Shown piece after piece: positions 38,430-52,790 of a stretch of DNA of 64,000 bases. The notes beneath the pieces were generated by a model, which worked only from the letters and a program-made list of their open reading frames with translations, searched no databases and was not told the DNA's origin. A program made the position numbers and the translations under genes. The stretch covers positions 76,260,001 to 76,324,000 of the forward strand of contig NC_043001.1 in NCBI RefSeq assembly GCF_006345805.1, in the 5' to 3' direction. How positions within the stretch are numbered: the first letter of the stretch is position 1; each line of letters opens with the position of its first letter. Origin of the DNA: Octopus sinensis. Taxonomy: Eukaryota.

Positions 38430-38997
38430 TTGGGTTGTCTGAAAATTGTCTGTGCCGATTTATAGTAGCTTACCTTTCGACTTATTTTAGAACATGGTTG
38501 AATCCATAAAATAAGATTTGACTACACCTCCACTTAGAGCTCAGTTTAAGCTGTCTTTTCAAGGAAGAAGGTTTATGTTCCTATAACTTGTGTTAATTCT
38601 GTAACCCTTTAAAATGGATGATAAGAAAGTTCATTTTTGGCACTAGTTGCTTTGGGAACCACACAAAAATTGCTGCAGCTCGACTGGGATGTGTTACCCC
38701 ACCCTCCATATTCACCAGATATCGCTCCTTCGGATTTCCACTTATTCAGGTCTCTGCAGAATAGTCCTAATGGTAAAAATTTCAATTCCTTGGATCACAT
38801 AAAAAGATACCTTGATGAATTCTTTGTCATGAAACCCCCTCAATTCTGGGAAGAGAGTATTTTCAAGTTAAAGGAAAGATGGAGATGCATTGTGCAACAA
38901 AATGGTTCATATTTGGTTGATTAAAAATGTAATGGCAAGTATTTATTGACCCTTTTCTTTCCTTTAAAATTCGACATGAACTTTCCAGACAACCCAA
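38430..38997 (+). mobile_element. Internally deleted mariner element
   Basis: TIRs ttgggttgtctgaaaa.. / ..tttccagacaacccaa with a TA TSD. ATG at 38614 (MDDKKVHF) is fused to the C-terminus LPHPPYSPDIAPSDFHLFRSLQN..WR..V.QNGSY. Confidence 0.9.
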
Positions 38998-39688
38998 TAT
39001 TTTATACACATTTACTCCAGTGCTCAACTGGTACTTACTTTACTGACACCAAAAGGATTAAAGGCCAAGTCAACTTTGGTGGAATTTTAACTCAGAACAG
39101 AAAAATGAACAAACTTCCACTAAGCATTTTGCCCAGCATGCTATAAATTCTGCCAGTTAACTGCTTGTATTTCACCTCAGTTTGCTTCAGTTCATTCAAC
39201 TGTGAATGGGGTACCTTGCAATAAATTGGTGTACTAGGGTAAGCTGGTGACTCAAGAAAATACCCAAATAGAGGTCTCATAAGCTATGTTTTGTATTCAG
39301 TGATCAGGAGGATGAATAGTATAACCCATGCTAACTGGTTGAGATTGGTTATTCAACAATATTGAAGGATGAGCAAATTTTATAAATGGAGATTAAATTT
39401 CTAATGTGGGATTAAGCAATGAAAATTGTGATCAACACAAAAGAATGAAAGAATTATTGCTTTTATATTCTTTCTTTCTTTTATTATTTTACTTGTTTCA
39501 GTCATTTGATTGTGGCCAAGCTGGAGCACTGCCTTTAGTCGAGCAAATCGACCTCAGGACTTATACTTTGGAAGCCTAGTACTTATTCTAGCGGTCTCTT
39601 TTGCCAAACCGCTAAGTTATGGGGATGTAAACACACAAGCATCGGTTGTCAAGCGATGTTGGGGAGGACAAACACAGATACACACACT

Positions 39689-39738
<50 letters not shown>

Positions 39739-42700
39739 TATACAACGGGCTTCTTTCAGTTTCTATCTACCAAATCCACTCACAAGGCTTTGGTCGGCCT
39801 GAGGCTATATAGTAAAAGACACTTGCCCAAGGTGCCACACAGTGGGACTGAACCCAGAACCAAGTGGTTGGTAAGCAAGCTACTTACCACACAGTCACTC
39901 AAATTTTTTTAATAAATATCACACTTGACTGAGTAATCTGAATGCTAAAGGGTTATTGATGATTATCATAATGAAACAGCTGTTAAACACAAAATATGGA
40001 TTATTTGTGAAATTTATGCTATTTTGCTTGGATTTACAGCAATAAAATGAGTTGGAGTTTAATGAGTTTTAACAGATTTATATTTTTATGTTTATAAATC
40101 AATTTTCTATATGGTTAATTTAAACTTATTTAACATTATAAGGGTAAAATAGAAGTTGCACACAATATATGTTTTCTATCTGTTTAAAAAATCCCACTTA
40201 GATTTGATGCCAGTTTGAAAAACAGACATTAAATCAACATGAGGGTGGTGATGATGATGGTTAGCATTACAGTATCTGTAATCTGTAATAATCAAATGCA
40301 TTCATCCAATCTTATTTTTGCAAAAAATAATAATTACACTCAATTTATCATTTAATTTACTTAATTGAAAGTATATTAGTTCCCAGAATTATTCCATCTG
40401 CTATATTAACCTTAAGCACCCATTTGCTCATAAAAGTTAAAAGACAGTATAAGCCAGAGGTAGGAATTCCTCTGCCCGTAGGCACAATTGTGCCCGTGAG
40501 CCCATTTTATTGCATCTGCAGGCTTGCATATTCCCATGTATAAAATATAGTAAATTTTTCAATTCTGAAATTTATACAATGTTCATATGCCTATTTGTGA
40601 CATAAGTCGCATTTCCACAACAACTTAAAATAGTTAGGCTCAAAAAGAAAGTCATCCGGTAATTGCCATTTGTATGGAAATTTTGTTTTCCCTATATAAA
40701 ACATATTACTAGGTTTGTACCACTCCCTTGAGACCCAACGACACTCTAGCTAAAATATAAAGAATACCTCATAGGTAATATGAATGTCCTAAATTCAGTG
40801 GTGGCATTAATGAAGATGTTACGCGTTAATTTAATGTGAAACTCACAGAATCACTCCACAATAACAAGGCAGCATCTATGTGGGGGATCATTCTGCTGTA
40901 AATAGCAGCCAAATCTCTTTCAAATAACATCCTACCATCATCATTAAATGATCAACTTTTCCATGCTTGCATGAATCAAACAAAATGTGTTAAGGCAGAG
41001 TTTCTACAGCCAGATGTCCTTCCTATCAGCAACCCTAAGGTTATAGTAGAAGTTACTCCCTCAAGGTGCCATGCTGTGGGACTGAACCCAAGACCACATA
41101 GTTGAGAAACAAGCTTCTCAACCACACAGCCATGCCTGCACCTGTGAAAAAAAAGGGTGGGATGACCACTGTTAGAATGCTTTACATTATAGATCTGTCA
41201 AATCAAAACTGATTTGGAATTAAACAAAGGGAAGAACTTTTTTTTTTTTTTTGATAATGTAATCCCAGATAAACAATGACTGAAACAATGTTGGAATGGT
41301 CATAGCTGGAACAACTTCAATCAAAGGCCTGCTCAATGATGACAGACCTGTGGTTAAATAATATTAACATGTAAAGCAAAAAGAGTAACCAGCACACAAA
41401 GAAAGAAACAACAAAATAAACCAAATTTCAGGTTTACAGGAATTTATTTCTATAAAAACTCAAAATATAAAAACTGTCATCTTATTATTATTATTATTAT
41501 TATTATAAAATCTCACAGCTTCATTATTGACTAATCTTAAACGTAGTTCTTTTTACACCTTTTAAATCGCATACCACCTATTATGGTCCTAACTGCTATA
41601 AATATACACCAGTGGTTATGTATGTACGTACATAGATATGTATGTATGCTTGTATGGAAAAATCTTTTACATGTCAAGCCTACACTCTTCAACAGAAAGG
41701 ATTAAGAGCAAAAAAGAGAGAGAGAATGAAAAAAAAATGGAAATATGTATATGTATGTATGTATATATATATATATATGTATACATCATCTATATATACA
41801 TACATACTTATATACACACACACGAAAGGCAGACATTAAATGATGATATATATATATATATATATATAATCAAAATAAGCAACAAGGATATCCAAAGGTA
41901 CTACACTACCTTTGGATATCCTTGTTAAATTTAAATATAAATATAAATCACCCCATTTGATTTATATGGATAATACCATACCAAATTCTGGTGCCTTTAA
42001 CTTAAGTACGATATTCATCTAAATCTAAATTTTTGCTGAACTTATATAAATATATATTTATATTATGTATACACACACATAAAATTTTTGGAACAAATTC
42101 TTGATGTATTCACAATACTTGAAGAAAGATTTTCATAAATCAATAGTTATGAATCCTTGACTAGGCAGTGTGTTACATTCTACAGCAAAAGACTTTCACA
42201 TTGCTCTAACCCATTCAGCTGTAAAAAAAATAACCCTACAATGGACTGGCACTGCAATCAGGGGAGATGGTCACTTATACACCACGAAAATGAGTAACCA
42301 GCCTTATCAGTCCTACAATTTGAGGTAGTAATGTCCAGGGGTTGTCAATAATGATGATGATGATGACAATGATGTTATGCATATAAGCATAATTTTGTAT
42401 AAAGTTGCTATTTATATAAGAACTAAAAATACAAGAGGCGTTATCTACCAAAAGACAATGACACAGAAAATATCATAAGGACTACAACACTAAGAGAGTA
42501 TTATCTACATTTTTAAAAAATTTGTTTCACTAAAATGTGGCAACAAAATTGCTTTAAATAACTAACATTTCTGTTTTGTATCATTGTACTAACTACTTCA
42601 CTATGGTCACAGATAACTGACTATTGTTTGATTAGCCAATGTTAGAAGCTACGTGAGATTGGTAATATCAATTAGAAACATTTGATTTATAAATATTGAT

Positions 42701-43509
42701 TTCTAACATTAGTATAAGTCTGGAAAATTTTGGACTAGGTATAACACTGTGTAACAAAATTCTTATGTTATTTTGTCTTTGGTCATTAAATGTTATTTCC
42801 TATTCGCTTCTATCTAGAAATCAAAAGAAATGACTACTATTCCCTTCCAATTCTGCTTTTGTGACCTGGACATTAATGTTTTCAAACTGACCTATTTCCC
42901 ATTACATTTCAGACAGATTCAGCACTGAGTTACTGAAGCAGAAATATCATAATAGTAAATGTTCTGCTCAATAACAAAGATTTGTTTTGTCAGTTGTTTT
43001 GACCTTAACCACTTGAGCATGTCCCTTAGTGGCTGACAATATGTGCATCTCTAATCATGAACAGGAGTAGTTGAGGAGCATCATAGCCATGTGCTGATAT
43101 GGATTCTTTGGGGTTTGAATGAATGTAACAAAAGCAAACTTTGAGGAAATATTAGCCAGCTTTCATACTTTCTAGGGGTAAGCAAATAGGAAATAACAAT
43201 GACTACCCAAGGACAAAAATTGTGTGTTACACAATGTAATTAATAAAATCAACTCCAGTATTTCACAAGTACTTTATTCCATGAAACCTTGAAGGATAAT
43301 ATTACTAGAATGAGATGTTCAGGCGCAGCTGTTTGGACGTTGACAATTTGGCATTGCTGACTGGGCTGTCAGTCTGATTTGGCATCAGTACCTTTTTGGC
43401 AATGGAGGAAACACACACAAGTGCACACAGAAATATACATATGCAGATAGAAAGAGTGGTAGAAAGAGCTGGAAAAGAGAGACATTACAATTTATCAATT
43501 GTAAATTGT

Positions 43510-43590
43510 AGCTTTGTTCTTCGAACTGCCAGACTTTGGAATTCTCTTCCATTGTTTTCCTCTTTCATATGACCTGAACTCTTTCAAGTC
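43510..43590 (+). mobile_element. 3'-end fragment of a CR1/L2/Jockey-type LINE in the putative APIP 3' UTR
   Basis: FVLRTARLWNSLP then SYDLNSFKS after a frameshift. Confidence 0.55.
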
Positions 43591-43974
43591 ATAAGCCAAT
43601 TCATTCCTTTCGTCTTCATTTCTCCTTCTTCATAGCCCCAAACACTAAGTGGCTTCTTGCTCTGATTTGAACTTTCTTAAAATAAAAAAAAAATTGAACA
43701 CAACTGACATAAACGCGTTCTCTCTCCTCATGCACATGAAGAGAAATATATACCACACATAAACAGAGACAGACAGAAAGTGAGAAGGCTGAAGAGAATA
43801 AGAAAAACATTAAAACGTCTGATGTCAAATAAGTCAGCATTGGATCAGCAGTGCCAAAATGGCTGTGCCAAAACCTCTCAAAATCTGAAAATACATAGTT
43901 GACTTTGGTAAGACTTGAACTCAGAACAGAAAAAGGTGGTCAACTAAATGATAAAAAGCATTTTGTGCATCACT

Positions 43975-44089
43975 CTAATTTGTTTTTGAAACGTAAGCAC
44001 CTTTGGGTGGTTTAGGAAGAATGGCAGGATCCAGACCTGCTGTCTTCATTTGAACTGCAATATCAAAAAGATAATCGTAGCACTCACAC
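43975..44089 (-). CDS. APIP: APIP terminal coding exon with TAG stop
   Basis: tttcttttttctcag acceptor. Translates CECYDYLFDIAVQMKTAGLDPAILPKPPKGAYVSKTN*. The seven exons total 681 bp and join in frame. Confidence 0.93.
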
Positions 44090-44882
44090 CTGAGAAAAAA
44101 GAAAGAAAGAGAAAAGTGAAATTTAATGATAACTTAATGAGACAGGTTGATTTAGAATTAAAATTGTCTTTATATATCCTTTTACCTTTTTAACCTTCTA
44201 CTTGTTTAAGTCACTGGACTGCAGTCATGCAAGGGCATCACTTGAAGGGTTTTAGTCAAAGGAATTGCCCCAGTACTTATTTTTTTAAAGCCTGGTACTA
44301 ATTCTATCAATCTTCTTTGCCAAACCAATAAGTTACAAGGATATAAACAAACCAACACTAGTTGTCAAGCTATTGATGGGGGACAAACACAAAGAGAGAC
44401 ACACAGATATATACATATATATACAACAGGCTTCTCTCTGTTTCCATCTACCACATCCTCTCACTTGACTTTGGTTGGCCAAAGACACTGACCCAATGTG
44501 TCACACAGTGAGACTGAACCTAGAACCATGTAGATTGGAATCAAACTTCTTACCACACAGCCACTATCGTCATCATTATCATTTTGTGTCCATTTTTCCA
44601 TGCTTACATGGGTTACATAGAATTTGTTGAGTTGGATGCCCTTACTGTCACCAACCCTTACCTGTTTCCAAGATAAATATTTCCTCATGGCCAGACATAT
44701 TTATCATGGAAGACAGGAAATGGACAACATCATTCTTACGATTCTGACACTTGCTTACAACCACTGCATGATGTCAAGATAAGGGTACACACAAAAGCAG
44801 ACACACACCAACATTTACTTTAAAACAAACTAATCCATTCTCTGGAACAAAAAACAAAAAGAGACAAAATCCAAAAACTTAC

Positions 44883-44989
44883 ATGGATTTAGCTTGCTGC
44901 CATGTTTTACCCCATACATAAACTCCATGCCTTCGGACAAGAACAGCACATGTTTCTGGATAGTCTAGTATAGCCTGAGCCATAGCATC
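44883..44989 (-). CDS. APIP: APIP exon with the RRHG zinc ligand
   Basis: cttctgcag acceptor and gtaagt donor. Translates [35 protein letters not shown](M). Confidence 0.96.
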
Positions 44990-45379
44990 CTGCAGAAGTA
45001 ATAGAAATATATAAAGTGTATTAAGATGATAATTTTCCATACTATTATCTTATATTTACGATATTTATACAGGAATGTGGCAAATAAGCCTCTCATATTT
45101 TACATGGCCAAGAATGGTGAATTTGGTTGGTGTCATAACAGGTTGAGGGTTCCTCTGGCAGGTTGTTGATTCTCTGCAGAATAGTCAGATGATGGGGCTG
45201 CCATCTTGGTGGCAAGCCGACATGCTGTGCATCACCATTAGTTTCAAAACTCCCCAGGAGACCAGCTAGCCAAGGGTAGCCCTACCAGGAGCAAAGCTCC
45301 AGACAGTAACACACACTTGAATCTAAGAAATATGCAAGCCTCCTCACCACATCTAGGTCAAACCCAAGGCTTTTCTTTC

Positions 45380-45545
45380 ATTTAACACAGCAGCTGCATG
45401 CTGGAAGAGGCCTTGTGGCAGGCCCCACATCAAATGGCTGGATATGTTTGTGGAAGATCTCCAGAAGCTTATCACCTTAAAGAATGCAGAGGAGCTAGCA
45501 CAGGACCACCAACGATGGAGAGCACTGGTGGACCTGGTCAGCTCT
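45380..45545 (+). mobile_element. RTE-clade LINE 3' fragment
   Basis: GKRPCGRPHIKWLDMFVEDLQ..AQDHQRWRALVD. Confidence 0.65.
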
Positions 45546-46043
45546 ATGCATGAAAATGTCTCTGAGACCACTGGTCAGCTCTATGCATGATGATGTCTCT
45601 GAGATGACCCCATCAAGCAAGAGCATGACGCCAAGCCAAGAAGCAAAAATGGTGAACCTGGAGGGCCATTTTGCCACACTTACTCTGTAGCTACATTCCA
45701 GTTCAATATGTATGATTTCATGTCATCATTATCATTGTATGTCTTATTCCTGGATATCTACATGATCCCCAAACTGAACTCAAAGTGGGAACTTTTGTTT
45801 CTAAATTTGTAGTTGTCATTGTCATTTAACATTCATCTTCAATGATAGCATAGTTCAACACAGTCCAACATTTACATGAATTGCACAGGAGTGGCTGTGT
45901 GGTAGGTAGCTTGCTTACCAACCACATGGTCATGGGTTCAGTCCCACTGCATGAGACCTTGGACAAGTGTCTTCTACTATAGCCTCAGGCCAATCAAAGC
46001 CTTGTGAGTGGATTTGGGAGACGGAAACTGGAAGAAGCCCATC

Positions 46044-46091
<48 letters not shown>

Positions 46092-47579
46092 TTATGTGTC
46101 CATGTTTGTCCCCCCAACATCGCTTGGCAACCGATGTTGGTGTATTTACGTCCCCGTAACTTTGCGGTTCAGCAAAAGAGACTGATAGAATAAGTACTAG
46201 GCTTACACAGAATAAGCTCTGGGGTCGATTTGCTCAACTAAAGGCAGTGCTCCAGCATGGCTGCAGTTAAATGACTGAAACAAGTCAAACATAAAAAATA
46301 AAAGACCCAATGTCTGTTTTGGTACAGCTTTCTATGGTTAAAAGCTCTTCCCAATACCAACCACTTTACAAAGGGTACCATTGGGAAGGTTATATGGATA
46401 ATAATGCAAATAACCATGTACAAATAGCCTGGTGAACCTTAGTTTAGAAATAAATGTCCCTAGTCTGAATCTAATCTGGATCTGTGAATAAGACATCTGA
46501 TGACAATTGAAGCCCAAACCAAATAAAAGATAATAATCCAAAGAGGATTGTGTTAATAATAACAATTCTCTCAGACATTTATCCCTTTTAATACCAACTT
46601 GCCTGAGACCATTGCTAGTTCTATGATACAAACTTACTGTCTTAAAGTGGTCTAAATTAAGAACTTCCCTCAAAATTCCATCTTAGTTTATGTTCCAAAC
46701 ACCAGCTTAATAATGATAAAGATATTTTACTAAATTCTTCATTGTTTCCAGAATTTATTGAAACAAAGGCAGTGTATTCCGATAGAAATATGGTAACAAA
46801 AACAGTTAATAATGACAAAGTTATTTTACAAAATACTTTATTTTGAAAGTTGATTGAAACAAAAGTAGAGTATTTCAACAAAAATGTAGCAAAAGAGTTA
46901 AAGGTTTAGACAGTAAATACATCTTATTCACAAATTCACAATGTAGTTATGCCAACACAGATGATTACATGGTTACATAGAAGTTCATCTTTGGTACAAT
47001 TTCAATTCAATATATTTCCCAAGAGTTATAAAATCTTCACTACTTCACTCCACATCTTCCTGCGTCCCTCTCTTCCAAAGGTTCCATACAAATTTAGTGA
47101 ATGGCAGCTGCCCTAATTCATACACATGATCATACTAGTGTAATTCTTCTTATACACTAGAATTGATACCTCTTACACCCAGTTTATCTCTCAACACATT
47201 TGCACTTTATTGTACATGCACACAGACATTGAGCATCTGACATAGTATGCTAGCTTCATTTCTTTCTAGTCTTTGCAGGACTTCTGCATTCACAACACAT
47301 ATTCCACTAAACTTTCTCCAGCCAGTTTGGATTCCAGCAACTATACTTTCAGTAAATCTTCCTCCACAAATTATCTACTACCTTTAACAATCTGCCAAAC
47401 CATTCAAGAAAACTATCTCCCATGTGTTCTTAATATTTATTGCTCCTGTGTATTTTCCACAAACAAAATCCATATTACCCCTATGTATTTTCCACAAACA
47501 AAATCTATTTTCTCTGTTAATCTCCCAGTGATTCCACTGCACCTCTTGTATGTCCATAGTTTGCACTAAGCATACCATA

Positions 47580-47960
47580 TGGAATTTCTGTCTTTACTTT
47601 TTCCTACTGATTAGGAATTTGGGGTTTTTTAAAGGTTCTTTGATTTAGGGTTTTGCTTCCACACCTGGAATTTCTTTTTCACTACAAATTCAGTTATACA
47701 GACAATATCTCGGCATAGAGGAGTCTCCACAGCAACAAACCTGAAACTCCTGCTATGGCTTGGAGGACAATGATAAAACAGGAAGGGATTGAGAGCTAAG
47801 CCTTGGTGAACTCCTACCAACATACTAAATCTGTTACTGTACCCATTACTAACACTAACCTTACTGACAGTACCCCTGTACATGGCTTGGACAACTCTTA
47901 CCATTTATCTACACCTAACTTCTTCATCAAGCACCAGATCAGGGAACAGGAGGCCCTGTC
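47580..47960 (-). mobile_element. Decayed RTE-type reverse transcriptase fragment
   Basis: VRVVQAMYRGTVSKV..FSMLVGVHQGLALNPFLF (GV.QG..L.P.LF motif). Confidence 0.75.
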
Positions 47961-48940
47961 AGTTACTTTCTCTAGAACAATGAAAGCCAAGTACAGCAGT
48001 TTACAATTTCCTAAATACTTCTCCTGTAGTTGTCTTATTAGGCAGAGAGCATCAGTTCTACTTCACCCAAACACAAAACCAAACTGCATCTCATCTAGCC
48101 AAATTCTCTTCATAATTATTGGTGTTATAACTCTTTCTGTAACTTTCATATACCTGTGTGTGTGTGAGGGCATGTGACTTAGTAGTTAGGACATTCAGCT
48201 CACAATTGTAAGGTTGTGAGTTCAATTACTTGATGTGAAATTACACAGCTGGCAAAAATGAGTAGTGCCTACATTTCAAAGAGCCAGCCTTGTTACACTC
48301 TGTGTCACGCTGAATCTTCCTGAGAATTACATTAAGGGTACACATGTCTGAGGAGCACTCAGCCACTTGCATGCTAATTTTGTGGGCAGGCTGTTCCATT
48401 GATCAGATCAACTGGAACCCTTGTTGCCATAACCAAAAGAGAGGCAGTGAAAAAAAAAACACACACACACACAAGCATTCATGCATGTGTGCATGTGCCT
48501 GCCTGCCTGTTTGTCTGTCTGTCTGTGAAGGTGGTTGAAAGGATAGGTGGATACCAGAAATATTTTTAATGAATATGTGTGTTTAATCTACTTTAATATC
48601 TAACTTCAAAGCTTTTTTCCCTCTGAAATATTCAAAAGTTCAAGGGCTGATCACTAACAAGAACCTCAATCTGATCCAATTCCATATCTTATTTTAAAAT
48701 CTGATCTCCCAAGAATACTTCACCACTAGAAACCACTAAGAAAACTTTGAAATCGGTCTCTGCTCAGAGTCTTAGGATTTTTTTTTTAGGTAAAGTATAA
48801 TAGTTTTATTTCTGTGATGAAGCAAACTCCTTCTCCAGTTGGTGTGACTGATTTGAAAGTGAGATGGAGATCTGTTGAATCAGATCAAGAATGATCTGAG
48901 GCTAAAAAAACAACAAGTTTAAACTGCTTAAAAGTCTCAC

Positions 48941-49014
48941 CTTCAGGTCCACTTCAAATGGAGTATTCTCAATTATAGGGACCACTAACAGCTCATTATA
49001 GTTATAATTAACAT
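48941..49014 (-). CDS. APIP: APIP exon
   Basis: catttcag acceptor and gtgaga donor. Translates (N)VNYNYNELLVVPIIENTPFEVDLK. Confidence 0.94.
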
Positions 49015-49681
49015 CTGAAATGAACAAAATATCTCCGTTAAAGCATAAACATGTAATATGAAGTTTGTACTGAATGCATAACTGTGCAAAACAGACAATA
49101 CACACATGCATACATGTGTGTGTGTGTGCATATGTATATACTTATATATAGATAGATATAGATATTTTTATATATATATATGACCTGTCCTTGTTTTTTC
49201 TTGTCCCTATTTTGTATCATCTGTTTGGATGACGTGTTGTCCCTTTTTTGAATCATCTAACTGTCTGGATGTTTTGCGTTCTTGTCCCATTTTTTGTATT
49301 CTTTTTTTATATACATATAGCAACGTACATACACTTTAGTCTCTTATATGTAAGTACAAATGTAAGTACAGAATTAATTATCCTTATAAAAATATCAATT
49401 TATTTGCTTTTACAGTTTGCTGCTGTGCTACAAATATCCAAAATCGATTATATTCATATAACTTTCCAACAGAATTTCAATAATACATTCCTACTACAGA
49501 CATAATCTATACCTAGCATTAATAACTACTTTATTAATTAATATTCATTAAGGTAATTATGTATCCTATCCAACCCATGCCAGCACAAGAAAACAGACAT
49601 TAAATGATGATGAAAATGACACTCAAAAAAAATGAAAAATGAGACATCAATTTGAAACTAAAGATAAGATTTTCAACATAC

Positions 49682-49804
49682 TTGATTTACATTTCTTGAT
49701 CCCTTTGATCATTTCCAGGCCAGTGACAAGAAACTCTGTTCCAGGGAATGACAACGTTGCCATCACAGCAAACTTTGAATGTGTGTGAATCACAGCACCA
49801 GCAT
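49682..49804 (-). CDS. APIP: APIP exon with the zinc-binding IHTH motif and the catalytic Glu
   Basis: gttgcag acceptor and gtatgt donor, phase 1-1. Translates (D)[40 protein letters not shown]. Confidence 0.95.
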
Positions 49805-50111
49805 CTGCAACAATACAGTATGGTAATTATTAAACAAAGGTCTGATGAAAGCAAAAACAAAGTCATAGTCGTAGATCTGAAGACTCTATAGTAAAGATTT
49901 CCACTGAGGTTGGACATCAGTCACATTAGACACATCAATCACATCAATCTCATCAGTCTAAGAAAACTGGTAAATGTCATGGACATTTCACATCTTCCTC
50001 AAATTTTAAACCATTTATACTCACTCAAAATTTCACTACCCTTAACTGTGGAAAGCAGTTTTATATACCAGTTTCTCTTCTGTTAAGAAATGTCATGTTT
50101 GAAACTAATAT

Positions 50112-50567
50112 TTATATAATAATGAACTTATTGTATACATTGCTCAGATGCACTGAGTCATTTAAGAAAAAAAACAAAGAATTAAAAAGAGGAAGGGCAA
50201 ATTTTGGGAAGCATGGAAGTTTTGAAGGATGTAGTATCCTGACAGCTAACAAGTGACATGGGTCAGCAATTCTGAGCATGAAAAGATGTTTCCAAAAGTC
50301 AAGGGTGCCGTGTAGATTTTTCTTAAATTTTGTAAGCATGTCCACAATTATTAGATAAATGCAATTCAAAAAGGTGCCCGAGGTTGTTGTTGGAAAGATG
50401 GTGGATAATCTTGTGGGTCTCAACCAAATCAGTTGCCAAACACTGGAGCTTTGATGTGAAGCGCGCTGTTCAGAGTATGGTAGATGCCTGACAGTGGGTA
50501 TTCGTCTGGCTGCATGTTTCTGAACAGTTTCCAAGAGATTGATATCCTGAGTATATGTTAAGTTCAT
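50112..50567 (-). mobile_element. Old CR1-type LINE 3' fragment
   Basis: QDINLLETVQK.A.RRIP..LPYSE..F.LRIADP, with frameshifts. Confidence 0.6.
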
Positions 50568-50657
50568 TGAAGTGACATGGCTTACTGAAGGTACCCATTC
50601 TATTTTTTGGTAGATATTTCATGTCATTACTAGAATAACCACGAAATTTGATTTCAC

Positions 50658-50690
<33 letters not shown>

Positions 50691-52364
50691 ATTTGGCTCA
50701 AAAGCAAATAGCAAGGCCATGTAGGGGGACATGGAGTTAAGTACAGGGTGGTGTTCATGTAAAGAGTTCAGGCCACTTGAGGTCCAGGGAGGCTTTGAAC
50801 AAAGAGGTCGTCGGCATCTTTACCATCTCGTCTGGCAGCTTGTTCCACGGATCCGCAACCCGGATGGAGAAAGCTCCTCTCCTTCGATTGAGATGAAATC
50901 GTCGCAGGTAGAGCTTTTCGGAATGACCCCGCAGCCGACGCTCTGGAGCAGGAGTGAAGAACAGCTCTTTCGAGAGGTTACACTTTCCGCTTATGATGTT
51001 GTGGGCGAGAATGAGATCACTACGGCGGCGGCGTTTTTCAAGAGAATAAAGGTCGAGCGTCCTCAGCCTTTCTTCGTAGGACAAATTTTTGAGACCATGA
51101 ACCATGTGGGTAGCCAGCTTCTGGACTCTTTCGAGATGCTGTATGTCTTTGAGGAGATAAGGAGAAGAGGCTTGAATCCCATACTCCATAATGGGTCTCA
51201 CCAGCGTGACATAGAGTGGTAGGAATATGGCTGCTGTGAGCATTCCGAATGACCGTTGAATCAAGAACAGAATTCCGCGTGCTTTGTTGGCAGCATGGAC
51301 GCACTGGGCCGAAGGCGAAAAGGAGGAATCCACCAAGATACCTAGGTCCTTTACCTGATCGGTCCTCTCCAGCAGCAGACGACCCGGCTCGAAATCAAGT
51401 TGAGTTGCAGGAGTAGAGCCGACAGGCAGATGACAGCACTTTGACATGTTCAGACACAGGTCCCAATCGTTAGACCACTTCCAAATTTGGTGGAGGCATC
51501 GACGAAGATCCTCTATATTACCGCGAGGAGCGACCAGTTTGATATCGTCAGCAAATAGAAGGGTGTGTTGCGTGAGGTCATCGGGCAAGTCATTTATGAA
51601 GACTAAGAACAACAAGGGCCCAAGCACTGAACCTTGAGGCACGCCACTGCTCGCACTGGAAACGTCGGACCGCGAACCATTAACTTGGACTTGGAAGGAG
51701 CGATCTGAGAGGAAGGCACCAACCCATCATACAATATCCGGATGGAAACTATATGCCTGAAGCTTGACAAGTAATAGGCGGTGGTTTACCGAGTCAAAAG
51801 CTTTGGCAAAGTCCAGTAAAACAATGTCAACAGCATCACTATCATCAAGGATGCGCGTCACCAATTCTTCCATTACTAGTAAGTTGGTCAAGCATGATCT
51901 CTTCGGCACGAAGCGTGTTGGGAATCAGAGATAGAGGCTGTGTTTAGGAGGTGGAGCATCATACTTTTCTTAAGGATGGTTTCGAACATCTTGCTGATTA
52001 TTGATGTAAGGGAAACCGGTCGGTAGTTAAGCGGGTCTTCGCGGCTCCCTTTCTTGAAAATTGGGCAGATTATCGCTGTTCTCCAGTCTGCAGGTATAAC
52101 ACCCGTCGCCAATGACATATTGAATAGTCGCGTTAAGGGCTCGCAGATGACCGGAGCCAACGCTTTGATAACCCGTGGGTGTATGCCGTCAGGGCCGTGA
52201 CCCTTGTTGACATCGAGGCCTTGAATAACACGTTTGACTTCGTCCCGCGTGATGACCAATCGAAGCATTGGAGGTACCGATCTATCAAATGGAGGGGGTT
52301 CACGACCATCATCTTGTTTGAAAATAGTTGAAAAAGCCTCGGCAAATAATTGACTCTGTTGATA
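50658..52364 (-). mobile_element. Young 5'-truncated CR1-clade LINE (RT domain) inserted in sense in an APIP intron
   Basis: Motifs NYRPVSLTS, LDFAKAFDSV, PQGSVLGPLLFLVFINDL and LFADD. Only one frameshift (~51910) and one TGA (~51727); (TAAC)n tail at 50658-50690; candidate TSD acagtta(g) at 50656 and 52365/52373. Confidence 0.93.
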
Positions 52365-52756
52365 ACAGTTAAACAGTTAGATAAGAAAAAGAAAAGAAAA
52401 AATATACATCAATGTAGATCAGTACTGGAGAAAGTTTTTATGTCTGAAGACCTCATTAGATTAAGAGAGAAGGAAATTTTATTAAATACATATAAAAATA
52501 TAATTTATATTTATGATGAAAATAAAATTATAAATAAAAATGTATATTGACCTTTTGATGACATAATGCACATGCACACATACATACATTATATTTCCTG
52601 GCCAATGCATGTACAAAAATTTTAGGTGAAATCATGGCTGTGCCATTAAAAATCTTACTTTGCAATCATGCAGTTTTGGGTGCTGTCCTCCTGCACAGCA
52701 CCTGAGCAAGTATCTTCTATTATAGCCTCAATCCACCCAACGCCTTGCATGTGCAT

Positions 52757-52790
<34 letters not shown>

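Noticed and set aside
43305-43391. Possible alternative APIP terminal exon (VLMPNQTDSP..ISF*)
   Set aside because: The acceptor is weak (aaaaag), there is no matching phase-0 donor of good quality, no homology, and the upstream exon already ends in a normal stop.
49700-49730. APIP has TGLEMIKG where human has THQEMIKG
   Set aside because: The catalytic Glu and the QC, HTH and RRHG residues are all retained, and these flanking positions vary among MtnB proteins.
50731-51222. 163-aa plus-strand ORF
   Set aside because: It is the antisense shadow of the CR1 reverse transcriptase.
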